A DNA stretch of 64,000 nt from NCBI GenBank assembly GCA_964016885.1, contig OZ024743.1, positions 206,026,001 to 206,090,000 on the forward strand, given 5' to 3'. Below are positions 42,701-57,700 of this stretch, one piece after another (the first letter of the stretch is position 1; every line of letters begins with the position of its first letter). The notes under the pieces were generated by a model. The model did no database searches. It saw only the letters and a list, made by a program, of their open reading frames with translations, and was not told the origin of the DNA. This DNA is from Eledone cirrhosa (taxonomy: Eukaryota). Position numbers and translations under genes: made by a program.

Positions 42701-45700
42701 AAATTATCTCCCCCTGATTTTTTTTACAAATTATCTCCACCTGATTTTTTAAAAAATTATCTCCCCTTGGACGGCTGGAAATTATCTCCCCTTGGCTGGA
42801 AATTATCTCCCCTTGGACGGCTAGAAATTATCTCTCTTTGGACGGCTGGAAATTATCTCCCTTTGATTTTTTTTACAAATTATCTCCCTCTGATTTTTTT
42901 ACAAATCTCCCCTTGATTTTTTTAAAAAATTATCTCCCCTTTGCTGGCTGGAAATTATCTCCCCTTGGACACTGGAAATTATAGACCCTTGGAGGGCTGG
43001 AAATTATCTTCCCTTGGACGGCTGGAAATTATCTCCTTTGATTTTTTTTACAAATTATCTCCCCCTGATTTTTTTTTACAAATTATGTCCGCCTGATTTT
43101 TTTTTTAAAATTATCTCCCCTTGGCTGGATGGAAATTTTCTCCCCTTGGACGGCTGGAAATTATCTCCCCTTTATGTCTTCTACAAATTATCTGGCCCTG
43201 ATTTTTTTTTACAAATTATCTCTCCCTGATTTTTTTTACAAATATCTCCCCTTGGCTGGCTGGAAATTATCTCCCCTTCGCTGGCTGGAAATTATCTCCC
43301 ATTGGACGGCTGGAAATTATCTCCCCTTGGACGCCTAGAAATTACCTCTCCTTGGACAGCTGTAAATTATCTCCCCTTGGACGGCTGGAAATTATCTCGC
43401 CTTGGACGGCTGGAAATTATCTCCCCTTGATTTTGTATACAAATTATCTCCCCCTGATTTTTTTTTACAAATTATCTGCCCCTGATTATTTTTTTACAAA
43501 TTAGCTCCGCCTGATTTTTTTTAAAAATTATCTCCCCTTGGACGGCTGGAAATTATCTCCCCTTGGACGGCTGGAAATTATCTCCCCTTGAACGGCTAGA
43601 AATTACCTCTCCTTGGACGGCTTAAAATTATCTCCCCTTGGACGGCTGGAAATTATCTCCCCTTGATTTTTTTACAAATTATCTCCCCCTGATTTTTTTT
43701 TACAAATTATCTCCCCCTGATTTTTTTTTACAAATTATCTACCCCTGATTTTTTTTTCAAAATTATCTCCCCCTGATTTTTTTTTACAAATTATCTCCCC
43801 CTGATTTTTTTTTACAAATTATCTCCCCCTGATTTTTTTACAAATTATCTCCCCTTGGCTGGCTGGAAATTATCGCCCCTTGGAGGCTGGAATTTATCTC
43901 CCCTTGGACGGCTGGAAATTATCTCCCCTTGGACGGCTAGAAATTACCTCTCCTTGGACGGCTGGAAATTATCTCCCCTTGAACGGCTGGAAATTATCTC
44001 CCCTTGGACGGGTGGAAATTATCTCCCCTTGGACGGCTGGAAATTACCTGTCCTTGGACGGCTGGAAATTATCTCCCCTTGGACGGCTGGAAATTATCTC
44101 CCCTTGGACGGCTGGAAATTATTTCCCCTTGATTTTTTTAACAAATTATCTCCCCCTGATTTATTTTACAAATTATCTCCGCCTGATTTTTTTAAATATT
44201 ATCTTCCCTTGGCTGGCGGGAAATTATCTCCCCTTGGACGGCTGGAAACTATCTCCCCTTGGACAGCTGGAAATTATCTGCCCTTGATTTTGTTTTTACA
44301 AATTATCTCCCCCTGATTTTTTTTACAAATTATCTCCACCTGATTTTTTAAAAAATTATCTCCTCTTGGACGGCTGGAAATTATCTCCCGTTGGCTGCAA
44401 ATTATCTCCCCTTGGACGGCTAGAAATTACCTCTCTTTGGACGGCTGGAAATTATCTCCCCTTGATTTTTTTTACAAATTATCTCCCCCTGATTTTTTTT
44501 ACAAATCTCCCAGTGATTTTTAAAAAAAAATTATCTCCCCTTCGCTGGCTGGAAATTATCTCCCCTTGGACGCTGGAAATTATAGCCCCTTGGAGGGCTG
44601 GAAATTATCTTCCCTTGGACGGCTGGAAATTATCTCCCCTTGATTTTTTTTACCTATTATCTCCCCCTGATTTTTTTTTACAAATTATCTCCCCGATTTT
44701 TTTCTACAAATTATCTCCCCCTGATTTTTTTTTTACAAATTATCTCCGCCTGATTTTTTAAAAAAAATTATCTCCCCTTGGACGGCTGGAAATTATCTCC
44801 CCTTGGACGGCTGGAAATTATCTCCCCTAGGACGGCTAGAAATTACCTCTCCTTGGACGGCTGAAAATTATCTCCCCTTGGACGGCTGGAAATTATCTCC
44901 CCTTGATTTTTTTACAAATTATCTCCCTCTGATTTTTTTTTACAAATTATCTCCCCCTGATTTTTTTTTACAAATTATCTCCCCCTGATTTTTTTTTACA
45001 AATTATCTCCCCCTGATTTTTTTACAAATTATCTCCCCTTGGCTGGCTGGCAATTATCTCCCCTTGGAGGCTGGAATTTATCTCCCCTTGGACGGCTGGA
45101 AATTATCTCCCCTTGGACGGCTAGAAATTACCTCTCCTTGTACGGCTGGAAATTATCTCCCCTCGAACGGCTGGAAATTATCTCCCCTTGGACGGCTGGA
45201 AATTATCTCCCCTAGGACGGCTGGAAATTACCTCTCCTTGGACGGCTGGAAATTATCTCCCCTTGGACGGCTGGAAATTATCTCCCCTTGGACACTGGAA
45301 ATTATTTCCCCTTGATTTTTTTTACAAATTATCTCCCCCTGATTTTTTTTACAAATCTCCCCCTAATTTAAAAAAAAATTACCTCCCCTTCGCTGGCTGG
45401 AAATTATCTCCCTTTGGACGGCTTGAAATTATAGCTGCTTGTAGGGCTGGAAATTATCTCCCCTTGGACGGCTGGAAATTACCTTTCCTTCGACGGCTGA
45501 AAATTATCTCCCCTTGGACGGCTGGAAATTATCTCCCCCTGATTTTTTTTTACAAATTATCTCCGCCTGATTTTTTTTTAAAAATTATCTCCCCTTGGCT
45601 GGATGGAAATTTTCTCCCCTTGGACGGCTGGAAATTATCTCCCCTTTATGTTTTCTACAAATTATCTACCCCTGATTTTTTTTTTACGAATTATCTCTCC

Positions 45701-48700
45701 CTGATTTTTTTTACAAATATCTCCCCTTGGCTGGCTGGAAATTATCTCCCCTTGGCTGGCTGGAAATTATCTCCCCTTGGACGGCTGGAAATTATCTCCC
45801 CTTGGACGCCTAGAAATCACCTCTACTTGGACAGCTGTAAATTATCTCCCCTTGGACGGCTGGAAATTATCTCGCCTTGGACGGCTGGAAATTATCTCCC
45901 CTTGATTTTGTATACAAATTATCTCCCCCTGATTTTTTTTTACAAATTATCTGCCCCTGATTATTTTTTTACAAATTAGCTCCGCCTGATTTTTTTTTAA
46001 AATTATCTCCCCTTGGACGGCTGGAAATTATCTCCCCTTGGACGGCTGGAAATTATCTCCCCTTGAACGGCTAGAAATTACCTCTCCTTGGACGGCTGAA
46101 AATTATCTCCCCTTGGACGGCTGGAAATTATCTCCCCTTGATTTTTTTACAAATTATCTCCCCCTGATTTTTTTTTTACAAATTATCTCCGCCTGATTTT
46201 TTTTTAAAATTATCTCCCCTTGGACGGCTGGAAATTATCTCCCCTTGGACGGCTGGAAATTATCTCCCCTTGATTTTTTTTTCCAAATTATCTCCCCCTG
46301 ATTTTTTTTTTACAAATTATCTACCCCTGATTTTTTTTTCAAATTATCTCCCCCTGATTTTTTTTACAAATTATCTCCCCCTGATTTTTTCTTACAAATT
46401 ATCTCCCCCCGATTTTTTTACAAATTATCTCCCCCTGATTTTTTTTACAAATTATCTCCGCCTGATTTTTTTTAATATTATCTTCCCTTGGCTGGCGGGA
46501 AATTATCTCCCCTTGGACGGCTGGAAATTATCTCCCCTTGGAAGGATGGAAATTATCTCCCCTTGGACGGCTGGAAATTATCTCCCCTTGCACTGCTGGA
46601 AATTATCTCCCCTTGGACGGCTGGAATATATCTGCCCTTGATTTTGTTTTTACAAATTATCTTCCCCTGATTTTTTTACAAATTATCTCCACCTGATTTT
46701 TTTTTACAAATTATCTCCCCCTGATTTTTTTTACAAATTATCTCCCCCTGATTTTTTTACAAATTATCTCCCCTTGGCTGGCTGGCAATTATCTCCCCTT
46801 GGAGGCTGGAATTTATCTCCCCTTGGACGGCTGGAAATTATCTCCCCTTGGACGGCTAGAAATTACCTCTCCTTGTACGGCTGGAAATTATCTCCCCTTG
46901 AACGGCTGGAAATTATCTCCCCTTGGACGGCTGGAAATTATCTCCCCTTGGACGGCTGGAAATTACCTCTCCTTGGACGGCTGGAAATTATCTCCCCTTG
47001 GACGGCTGGAAATTATCTCCCCTTGGACGGCTGGAAATTATTTCCCCTTGATTTTTTTTACAAATTATCTCCCCCTGATTTTTTTTACAAATTATCTCCG
47101 CCTGATTTTTTAAAATATTATCTTCCCTTGGCTGGCGGGAAATTATCTCCCCTTGGACGCCTGGAAATTATCTCCCCTTGGAAGGATGGAAATTATCTCC
47201 CCTTGGACGGCTGGAAATTATCTCCCCTTGCACTGCTGGAAATTATCTCCCCTTGGACGGCTGGAAATTATCTGCCCTTGATTTTGTTTTTACAAATTAT
47301 CTTCCCCTGATTTTTTTTACAAATTATCTCCACCTGATTTTTTAAAAAATTATCTCCCCTTGGCTGGAAATTTTCTCCCCTTGGACGATTAGAAATTATC
47401 TCTCTTTGGACGGCTGGAAATTATCTCCCCTTGATTTTTTTTACAAATTATCTCCCCCTGATTTTTTTTACAAATCTCCCAGTGATTTTTTAAAAAAAAT
47501 TATCTCCCCTTCGCTGGCTGGAAATTATCTCCCCTTGGACGCTGGAAATTATAGCCCCTTGGAGGGCTGGAAGTTATCTTCCCTTGGAGGGCTGGAAATT
47601 ATCTTCCCTTGGACGGCTGGAAATTATCTCCCCTTGATTTTTTTTACAAATTATCTCCCCCTGATTTTTTTTTACAAATTATCTCCCCCTGATTTTTTTT
47701 TACAAATTATCTCCTGATTTTTTTTACAAATTATCTCCCCTTGGCTGGCTGGAAATTATCTCCCCTTGGAGGCTGGAATTTATCTCCCCTTGGACGGCTA
47801 GAAATTACCTCTCCTTGGACGGCTGAAAATTATCTCCCCTTGATTTTTTTTACGAATTATCTCCCCCTGATTTTTTTTTTTACAAATTATCTCCCCCTGA
47901 TTTTATTTTACATATTATCTACCCCTGATTTTTATTTACAAATTATCTCCCCCTGATTTATTTTACAAATTATCTCCGCCTGATTTTTTTAAATATTATC
48001 TTCCCTTGGCTGGCGGGAAATTATCTCCCCTTGGACGGCTGGAAACTATCTCCCCTTGGACAGCTGGAAATTATCTGCCCTTGATTTTGTTTTTACAAAT
48101 TATCTCCCCCTGATTTTTTTTACAAATTATCTCCACCTGATTTTTTAAAAAACTATCTTCTCTTGGACGGCTGGAAATTATCTCCCCTTGGCTGGAAATT
48201 ATCTCCCCTTGGACGGCTAGAAATTATCTCTCTTTGGACGGCTGGAAATTATCTCCCTTTGATTTTTTTTACAAATTATCTCCCTCTGATTTTTTTTACA
48301 AATCTCCCCTTGATTTTTTTAAAAAATTATCTCCCCTTCGCTGGCTGGAAATTATCTCCCCTTGGACACTGGAAATTATAGACCCTTGGAGGGCTGGAAA
48401 TTATCTTCCCTTGGACGGCTGGAAATTATCTCCTTTGATTTTTTTTACAAATTATCTCCCCCTGATTTTTTTTTACAAATTATCTCCGCCTGATTTTTTT
48501 TTAAAAATTATCTCCCCTTGGCTGGATGGAAATTTTCTCCCCTTGGACGGCTGGAAATTATCTCCCCTTTATGTCTTCTACAAATTATCTGGCCCTGATT
48601 TTTTTTACAAATTATCTCTCCCTGATTTTTTTTTACAAATCTCCCCTTGATTTTTTAAAAAAATTATCTCCCCTTCGCTGGCTGGAAATTATCTCCCCTT

Positions 48701-51700
48701 GGACACTGGAAATTATAGACCCTTGGAGGGCTGGAAATTATCTTCCCTTGGACGGCTGGAAATTATCTCCTCTTGATTTTTTTTACAAATTATCTCCCCC
48801 TGATTTTTTTTTTCAAATTATCTCCGCCTGATTTTTTTTTAAAAATTATCTCCCCTTGGCTGGATGGAAATTTTCTCCCCTTGGTCGGCTGGAAATTATC
48901 TCCCCTTGGCTGGAAATTATCTCCCCTTGGACGGCTAGAAATTATCTCTCTTTGGACGGCTGGAAATTATCTCCCCTTGATTCTTTTTACAAATTATCTC
49001 CCCCTGATTTTTTTTACAAATCTCCCAGTGATTTTAAAAAAAAAATTATCTCCCCTTCGCTGGCTGGAAATTATCTCCCCTTGGACGCTGGAAATTATAG
49101 CCCCTTGGAGGCTGGAAATTATCTTCCCTTGGACGGCTGGAAATTATCTCCACTTGATTTTTTTTACAAATTATCTCCCCCTGATTTTTTTTTACAAATT
49201 ATCTCCCCCTGATTTTTTTTTTACAAATTATCTCCGCCTGATTTTTTTAAAAAAATTATCACCCCTTGGACGGCTGGAAATTATCTCCCCTTGGACGGCT
49301 GGAAATGATCTCCCCTTGGACGGCTAGAAATTACCTCTCCTTGGACGGCTGAAAATTATCTCCCCTTGATTTTTTTTACCAATTATCTCCCCCTGATTTT
49401 TTTTTTTACAAATTATCTCCCCCTGATTTTATTTTACATATTATCTACCCCTGATTTTTTTTACAAATTATCTCCCCCTGATTTTTTTTTTACAAATTAT
49501 CTGCCCCTGATTTTTTTACAAATTATCTCCCCCTGATTTATTTTACAAATTATCTCCGCCTGATTTTTTTAAATATTATCTTCCCTTGGCTGGCGGGAAA
49601 TTATCTCCCCTTGGACGGCTGGAAACTATCTCCCCTTGGACAGCTGGAAATTATCTGCCCTTGATTTTGTTTTTACAAATTATCTCCCCCTGATTTTTTT
49701 TACAAATTATCTCCACCTGATTTTTTAAAAAATTATCTCCCCTTGGACGGCTGGAAATTATCTCCCCTTGGCTGGAAATTATCTCCCCTTGGACGGCTAG
49801 AAATTATCTCTCTTTGGACGGCTGGAAATTATCTCCCTTTGATTTTTTTTACAAATTATCTCCCTCTGATTTTTTTTACAAATCTCCCCTTGATTTTTTT
49901 AAAAAATTATCTCCCCTTTGCTGGCTGGAAATTATCTCCCCTTGGACACTGGAAATTATAGACCCTTGGAGGGCTGGAAATTATCTTCCCTTGGACGGCT
50001 GGAAATTATCTCCTTTGATTTTTTTTACAAATTATCTCCCCCTGATTTTTTTTTACAAATTATGTCCGCCTGATTTTTTTTTAAAAATTATCTCCCCTTG
50101 GCTGGATGGAAATTTTCTCCCCTTGGACGGCTGGAAATTATCTCCCCTTTATGTCTTCTACAAATTATCTGGCCCTGATTTTTTTTTACAAATTATCTCT
50201 CCCTGATTTTTTTTACAAATATCTCCCCTTGGCTGGCTGGAAATTATCTCCCCTTCGCTGGCTGGAAATTATCTCCCATTGGACGGCTGGAAATTATCTC
50301 CCCTTGGACGCCTAGAAATTACCTCTCCTTGGACAGCTGTAAATTATCTCCCCTTGGACGGCTGGAAATTATCTCGCCTTGGACGGCTGGAAATTATCTC
50401 CCCTTGATTTTGTATACAAATTATCTCCCCCTGATTTTTTTTTACAAATTATCTGCCCCTGATTATTTTTTTACAAATTAGCTCCGCCTGATTTTTTTTT
50501 AAAATTATCTCCCCTTGGACGGCTGGAAATTATCTCCCCTTGGACGGCTGGAAATTATCTCCCCTTGAACGGCTAGAAATTACCTCTCCTTGGACGGCTT
50601 AAAATTATCTCCCCTTGGACGGCTGGAAATTATCTCCCCTTGATTTTTTTACAAATTATCTCCCCCTGATTTTTTTTTACAAATTATCTCCCCCTGATTT
50701 TTTTTTACAAATTATCTACCCCTGATTTTTTTTTCAAAATTATCTCCCCCTGATTTTTTTTTACAAATTATCTCCCCCTGATTTTTTTTTACAAATTATC
50801 TCCCCCTGATTTTTTTACAAATTATCTCCCCTTGGCTGGCTGGAAATTATCTCCCCTTGGAGGCTGGAATTTATCTCCCCTTGGACGGCTGGAAATTATC
50901 TCCCCTTGGACGGCTAGAAATTACCTCTCCTTGGACGGCTGGAAATTATCTCCCCTTGAACGGCTGGAAATTATCTCCCCTTGGACGGGTGGAAATTATC
51001 TCCCCTTGGACGGCTGGAAATTACCTGTCCTTGGACGGCTGGAAATTATCTCCCCTTGGACGGCTGGAAATTATCTCCCCTTGGACGGCTGGAAATTATT
51101 TCCCCTTGATTTTTTTTACAAATTATCTCCCCCTGATTTATTTTACAAATTATCTCCGCCTGATTTTTTTAAATATTATCTTCCCTTGGCTGGCGGGAAA
51201 TTATCTCCCCTTGGACGGCTGGAAACTATCTCCCCTTGGACAGCTGGAAATTATCTGCCCTTGATTTTGTTTTTACAAATTATCTCCCCCTGATTTTTTT
51301 TACAAATTATCTCCACCTGATTTTTTAAAAAATTATCTCCTCTTGGACGGCTGGAAATTATCTCCCGTTGACTGCAAATTATCTCCCCTTGGACGGCTAG
51401 AAATTACCTCTCTTTGGACGGCTGGAAATTATCTCCCCTTGATTTTTTTACAAATTATCTCCCCCTGATTTTTTTTACAAATCTCCCAGTGATTTTTAAA
51501 AAAAAATTATCTCCCCTTCGCTGGCTGGAAATTATCTCCCCTTGGACGCTGGAAATTATAGCCCCTTGGAGGGCTGGAAATTATCTTCCCTTGGACGGCT
51601 GGAAATTATCTCCCCTTGATTTTTTTTACCTATTATCTCCCCCTGATTTTTTTTTACAAATTATCTCCCCGATTTTTTTCTACAAATTATCTCCGCCTGA

Positions 51701-54700
51701 TTTTTTAAAAAAAATTATCTCCCCTTGGACGGCTGGAAATTATCTCCCCTTGGACGGCTGGAAATTATCTCCCCTAGGACGGCTAGAAATTACCTCTCCT
51801 TGGACGGCTGAAAATTATCTCCCCTTGGACGGCTGGAAATTATCTCCCCTTGATTTTTTTACAAATTATCTCCCTCTGATTTTTTTTTACAAATTATCTC
51901 CCCCTGATTTTTTTTTACAAATTATCTCCCCCTGATTTTTTTTTACAAATTATCTCCCCCTGATTTTTTTACAAATTATCTCCCCTTGGCTGGCTGGCAA
52001 TTATCTCCCCTTGGAGGCTGGAATTTATCTCCCCTTGGACGGCTGGAAATTATCTCCCCTTGGACGGCTAGAAATTACCTCTCCTTGTACGGCTGGAAAT
52101 TATCTCCCCTTGAACGGCTGGAAATTATCTCCCCTTGGACGGCTGGAAATTATCTCCCCTTGGACGGCTGGAAATTACCTCTCCTTGGACGGCTGGAAAT
52201 TATCTCCCCTTGGACGGCTGGAAATTATCTCCCCTTGGACACTGGAAATTATTTCCCCTTGATTTTTTTTTACAAATTATCTCCCCCTGATTTTTTTTAC
52301 AAATCTCCCCCTAATTTAAAAAAAAATTACCTCCCCTTCGCTGGCTGGAAATTATCTCCCTTTGGACGGCTTGAAATTATAGCTGCTTGTAGGGCTGGAA
52401 ATTATCTCCCCTTGGACGGCTGGAAATTACCTTTCCTTCGACGGCTGAAAATTATCTCCCCTTGGACGGCTGGAAATTATCTCCCCCTGATTTTTTTTTA
52501 CAAATTATCTCCGCCTGATTTTTTTTTAAAAATTATCTCCCCTTGGCTGGATGGAAATTTTCTCCCCTTGGACGGCTGGAAATTATCTCCCCTTTATGTT
52601 TTCTACAAATTATCTACCCCTGATTTTTTTTTTACGAATTATCTCTCCCTGATTTTTTTTACAAATATCTCCCCTTGGCTGGCTGGAAATTATCTCCCCT
52701 TGGCTGGCTGGAAATTATCTCCCCTTGGACGGCTGGAAATTATCTCCCCTTGGACGCCTAGAAATCACCTCTACTTGGACAGCTGTAAATTATCTCCCCT
52801 TGGACGGCTGGAAATTATCTCGCCTTGGACGGCTGGAAATTATCTCCCCTTGATTTTGAATACAAATTATCTCCCCCTGATTTTTTTTTACAAATTATCT
52901 GCCCCTGATTATTTTTTTACAAATTAGCTCCGCCTGATTTTTTTTTAAAATTATCTCCCCTTGGACGGCTGGAAATTATCTCCCCTTGGACGGCTGGAAA
53001 TTATCTCCCCTTGAACGGCTAGAAATTACCTCTCCTTGGACGGCTGAAAATTATCTCCCCTTGGACGGCTGGAAATTATCTCCCCTTGATTTTTTTACAA
53101 ATTATCTCCCCCTGATTTTTTTTTTACAAATTATCTCCGCCTGATTTTTTTTTAAAATTATCTCCCCTTGGACGGCTGGAAATTATCTCCCCTTGGACGG
53201 CTGGAAATTATCTCCCCTTGATTTTTTTTTCCAAATTATCTCCCCCTGATTTTTTTTTTACAAATTATCTACCCCTGATTTTTTTTTCAAATTATCTCCC
53301 CCTGATTTTTTTTACAAATTATCTCCCCCTGATTTTTTCTTACAAATTATCTCCCCCCGATTTTTTTACAAATTATCTCCCCCTGATTTTTTTTACAAAT
53401 TATCTCCGCCTGATTTTTTTTAATATTATCTTCCCTTGGCTGGCGGGAAATTATCTCCCCTTGGACGGCTGGAAATTATCTCCCCTTGGAAGGATGGAAA
53501 TTATCTCCCCTTGGACGGCTGGAAATTATCTCCCCTTGCACTGCTGGAAATTATCTCCCCTTGGACGGCTGGAATATATCTGCCCTTGATTTTGTTTTTA
53601 CAAATTATCTTCCCCTGATTTTTTTACAAATTATCTCCACCTGATTTTTTTTTACAAATTATCTCCCCCTGATTTTTTTTACAAATTATCTCCCCCTGAT
53701 TTTTTTACAAATTATCTCCCCTTGGCTGGCTGGCAATTATCTCCCCTTGGAGGCTGGAATTTATCTCCCCTTGGACGGCTGGAAATTATCTCCCCTTGGA
53801 CGGCTAGAAATTACCTCTCCTTGTACGGCTGGAAATTATCTCCCCTTGAACGGCTGGAAATTATCTCCCCTTGGACGGCTGGAAATTATCTCCCCTTGGA
53901 CGGCTGGAAATTACCTCTCCTTGGACGGCTGGAAATTATCTCCCCTTGGACGGCTGGAAATTATCTCCCCTTGGACGGCTGGAAATTATTTCCCCTTGAT
54001 TTTTTTTACAAATTATCTCCCCCTGATTTTTTTTACAAATTATCTCCGCCTGATTTTTTAAAATATTATCTTCCCTTGGCTGGCGGGAAATTATCTCCCC
54101 TTGGACGCCTGGAAATTATCTCCCCTTGGAAGGATGGAAATTATCTCCCCTTGGACGGCTGGAAATTATCTCCCCTTGCACTGCTGGAAATTATCTCCCC
54201 TTGGACGGCTGGAAATTATCTGCCCTTGATTTTGTTTTTACAAATTATCTTCCCCTGATTTTTTTTACAAATTATCTCCACCTGATTTTTTAAAAAATTA
54301 TCTCCCCTTGGCTGGAAATTTTCTCCCCTTGGACGATTAGAAATTATCTCTCTTTGGACGGCTGGAAATTATCTCCCCTTGATTTTTTTTACAAATTATC
54401 TCCCCCTGATTTTTTTTACAAATCTCCCAGTGATTTTTTTAAAAAAATTATCTCCCCTTCGCTGGCTGGAAATTATCTCCCCTTGGACGCTGGAAATTAT
54501 AGCCCCTTGGAGGGCTGGAAGTTATCTTCCCTTGGAGGGCTGGAAATTATCTTCCCTTGGACGGCTGGAAATTATCTCCCCTTGATTTTTTTTACAAATT
54601 ATCTCCCCCTGATTTTTTTTTACAAATTATCTCCCCCTGATTTTTTTTTACAAATTATCTCCTGATTTTTTTTACAAATTATCTCCCCTTGGCTGGCTGG

Positions 54701-57700
54701 AAATTATCTCCCCTTGGAGGCTGGAATTTATCTCCCCTTGGACGGCTAGAAATTACCTCTCCTTGGACGGCTGAAAATTATCTCCCCTTGATTTTTTTTA
54801 CGAATTATCTCCCCCTGATTTTTTTTTTTACAAATTATCTCCCCCTGATTTATTTTACAAATTATCTCCGCCTGATTTTTTTAAATATTATCTTCCCTTG
54901 GCTGGCGGGAAATTATCTCCCCTTGGACGGCTGGAAACTATCTCCCCTTGGACAGCTGGAAATTATCTGCCCTTGATTTTGTTTTTACAAATTATCTCCC
55001 CCTGATTTTTTTTACAAATTATCTCCACCTGATTTTTTAAAAAATTATCTCCTCTTGGACGGCTGGAAATTATCTCCCCTTGGCTGGAAATTATCTCCCC
55101 TTGGACGGCTAGAAATTATCTCTCTTTGGACGGCTGGAAATTATCTCCCTTTGATTTTTTTTACAAATTATCTCCCTCTGATTTTTTTTACAAATCTCCC
55201 CTTGATTTTTTAAAAAAATTATCTCCCCTTCGCTGGCTGGAAATTATCTCCCCTTGGACACTGGAAATTATAGACCCTTGGAGGGCTGGAAATTATCTTC
55301 CCTTGGACGGCTGGAAATTATCTCCTTTGATTTTTTTCACAAATTATCTCCCCCTGATTTTTTTTTACAAATTATCTCCGCCTGATTTTTTTTAAAAAAT
55401 TATCTCCCCTTGGCTGGATGGAAATTTTCTCCCCTTGGACGGCTGGAAATTATCTCCCCTTTATGTCTTCTACAAATTATCTGGCCCTGATTTTTTTTAC
55501 AAATTATCTCTCCCTGATTTTTTTTACAAATCTCCCCTTGATTTTTTAAAAAAATTATCTCCCCTTCGCTGGCTGGAAATTATCTCCCCTTGGACACTGG
55601 AAATTATAGACCCTTGGAGGGCTGGAAATTATCTTCCCTTGGACGGCTGGAAATTATCTCCTCTTGATTTTTTTTACAAATTATCTCCCCCTGATTTTTT
55701 TTTTCAAATTATCTCCGCCTGATTTTTTTTTTAAAATTATCTCCCCTTGGCTGGATGGAAATTTTCTCCCCTTGGCCGGCTGGAAATTATTTCCCCTTGG
55801 CTGGAAATTATCTCCCCTTGGACGGCTAGAAATTATCTCTCTTTGGACGGCTGGAAATTATCTCCCCTTGATTCTTTTTACAAATTATCTCCCCCTGATT
55901 TTTTTTACAAATCTCCCAGTGATTTTTAAAAAAAAATTATCTCCCCTTCGCTGGCTGGAAATTATCTCCCCTTGGACGCTGGAAATTATAGCCCCTTGGA
56001 GGCTGGAAATTATCTTCCCTTGGACGGCTGGAAATTATCTCCACTTGATTTTTTTTACAAATTATCTCCCCCTGATTTTTTTTTACAAATTATCTCCCCC
56101 TGATTTTTTTTTTACAAATTATCTCCGCCTGATTTTTTTAAAAAAATTATCACCCCTTGGACGGCTGGAAATTATCTCCCCTTGGACGGCTGAAAATTAT
56201 CTCCCCTTGATTTTTTTTACGAATTATCTGGCCCTGATTTTTTTTTTTACAAATTATCTCCCCCTGATTTTATTTTACATATTATCTACCCCTGATTTTT
56301 TTTACAAATTATCTCCCCCTGATTTTTTTTTTACAAATTATCTGCCCCTGATTTTTTTACAAATTATCTCCCACTGATTTATTTTACAAATTATCTCCGC
56401 CTGATTTTTTTAAATATTATCTTCCCTTGGCTGGCGGGAAATTATCTCCCCTTGGACGGCTGGAAACTATCTCCCCTTGGACAGCTGGAAATTATCTGCC
56501 CTTGATTTTGTTTTTACAAATTATCTCCCCCTGATTTTTTTTACAAATTATCTCCACCTGATTTTTTAAAAAATTATCTCCCCTTGGACGGCTGGAAATT
56601 ATCTCCCCTTGGCTGGAAATTATCTCCCCTTGGACGGCTAGAAATTATCTCTCTTTGGACGGCTGGAAATTATCTCCCTTTGATTTTTTTTACAAATTAT
56701 CTCCCTCTGATTTTTTTTACAAATCTCCCCTTGATTTTTTTAAAAAATTATCTCCCCTTTGCTGGCTGGAAATTATCTCCCCTTGGACACTGGAAATTAT
56801 AGACCCTTGGAGGGCTGGAAATTATCTTCCCTTGGACGGCTGGAAATTATCTCCTCTTGATTTTTTTTACAAATTATCTCCCCCTGATTTTTTTTTACAA
56901 ATTATCTCCGCCTGATTTTTTTTTAAAAATTATCTCCCCTTGGCTGGATGGAAATTTTCTCCCCTTGGACGGCTGGAAATTATCTCCCCTTTATGTCTTC
57001 TACAAATTATCTGGCCCTGATTTTTTTTTACAAATTATCTCTCCCTGATTTTTTTTACAAATATCTCCCCTTGGCTGGCTGGAAATTATCTCCCCTTCGC
57101 TGGCTGGAAATTATCTCCCATTGGACGGCTGGAAATTATCTCCCCTTGGACGCCTAGAAATTACCTCTCCTTGGACAGCTGTAAATTATCTCCCCTTGGA
57201 CGGCTGGAAATTATCTCGCCTTGGACGGCTGGAAATTATCTCCCCTTGATTTTGTATACAAATTATCTCCCCCTGATTTTTTTTTACAAATTATCTGCCC
57301 CTGATTATTTTTTTACAAATTAGCTCCGCCTGATTTTTTTAAAAAATTATCTCCCCTTGGACGGCTGGAAATTATCTCCCCTTGGACGGCTGGAAATTAT
57401 CTCCCCTTGAACGGCTAGAGATTACCTCTCCTTGGACGGCTTAAAATTATCTCCCCTTGGACGGCTGGAAATTATCTCCCCTTGATTTTTTTACAAATTA
57501 TCTCCCCCTGATTTTTTTTTACAAATTATCTCCCCCTGATTTTTTTTTACAAATTATCTACCCCTGATTTTTTTTTCCAAATTATCTCCCCCTGATTTTT
57601 TTTTACAAATTATCTCCCCCTGATTTTTTTTTACAAATTATCTCCCCCTGATTTTTTTACAAATTATCTCCCCTTGGCTGGCTGGAAATTATCTCCCCTT

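Larger units (their letters stand above)
22735..46695 (+). repeat. ~13.6 kb higher-order repeat: unit at 22735-36355, with a second partial copy at 36355-46695
   Basis: The offset is constant at 13620-13621 for ORF pairs 22940/36560, 23345/36965, 24545/38165, 25120/38740, 26179/39800, 27568/41189 and 30234/43855. After a ~0.5 kb indel near 31643/45293 the match continues (32324/46488). Confidence 0.9.
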
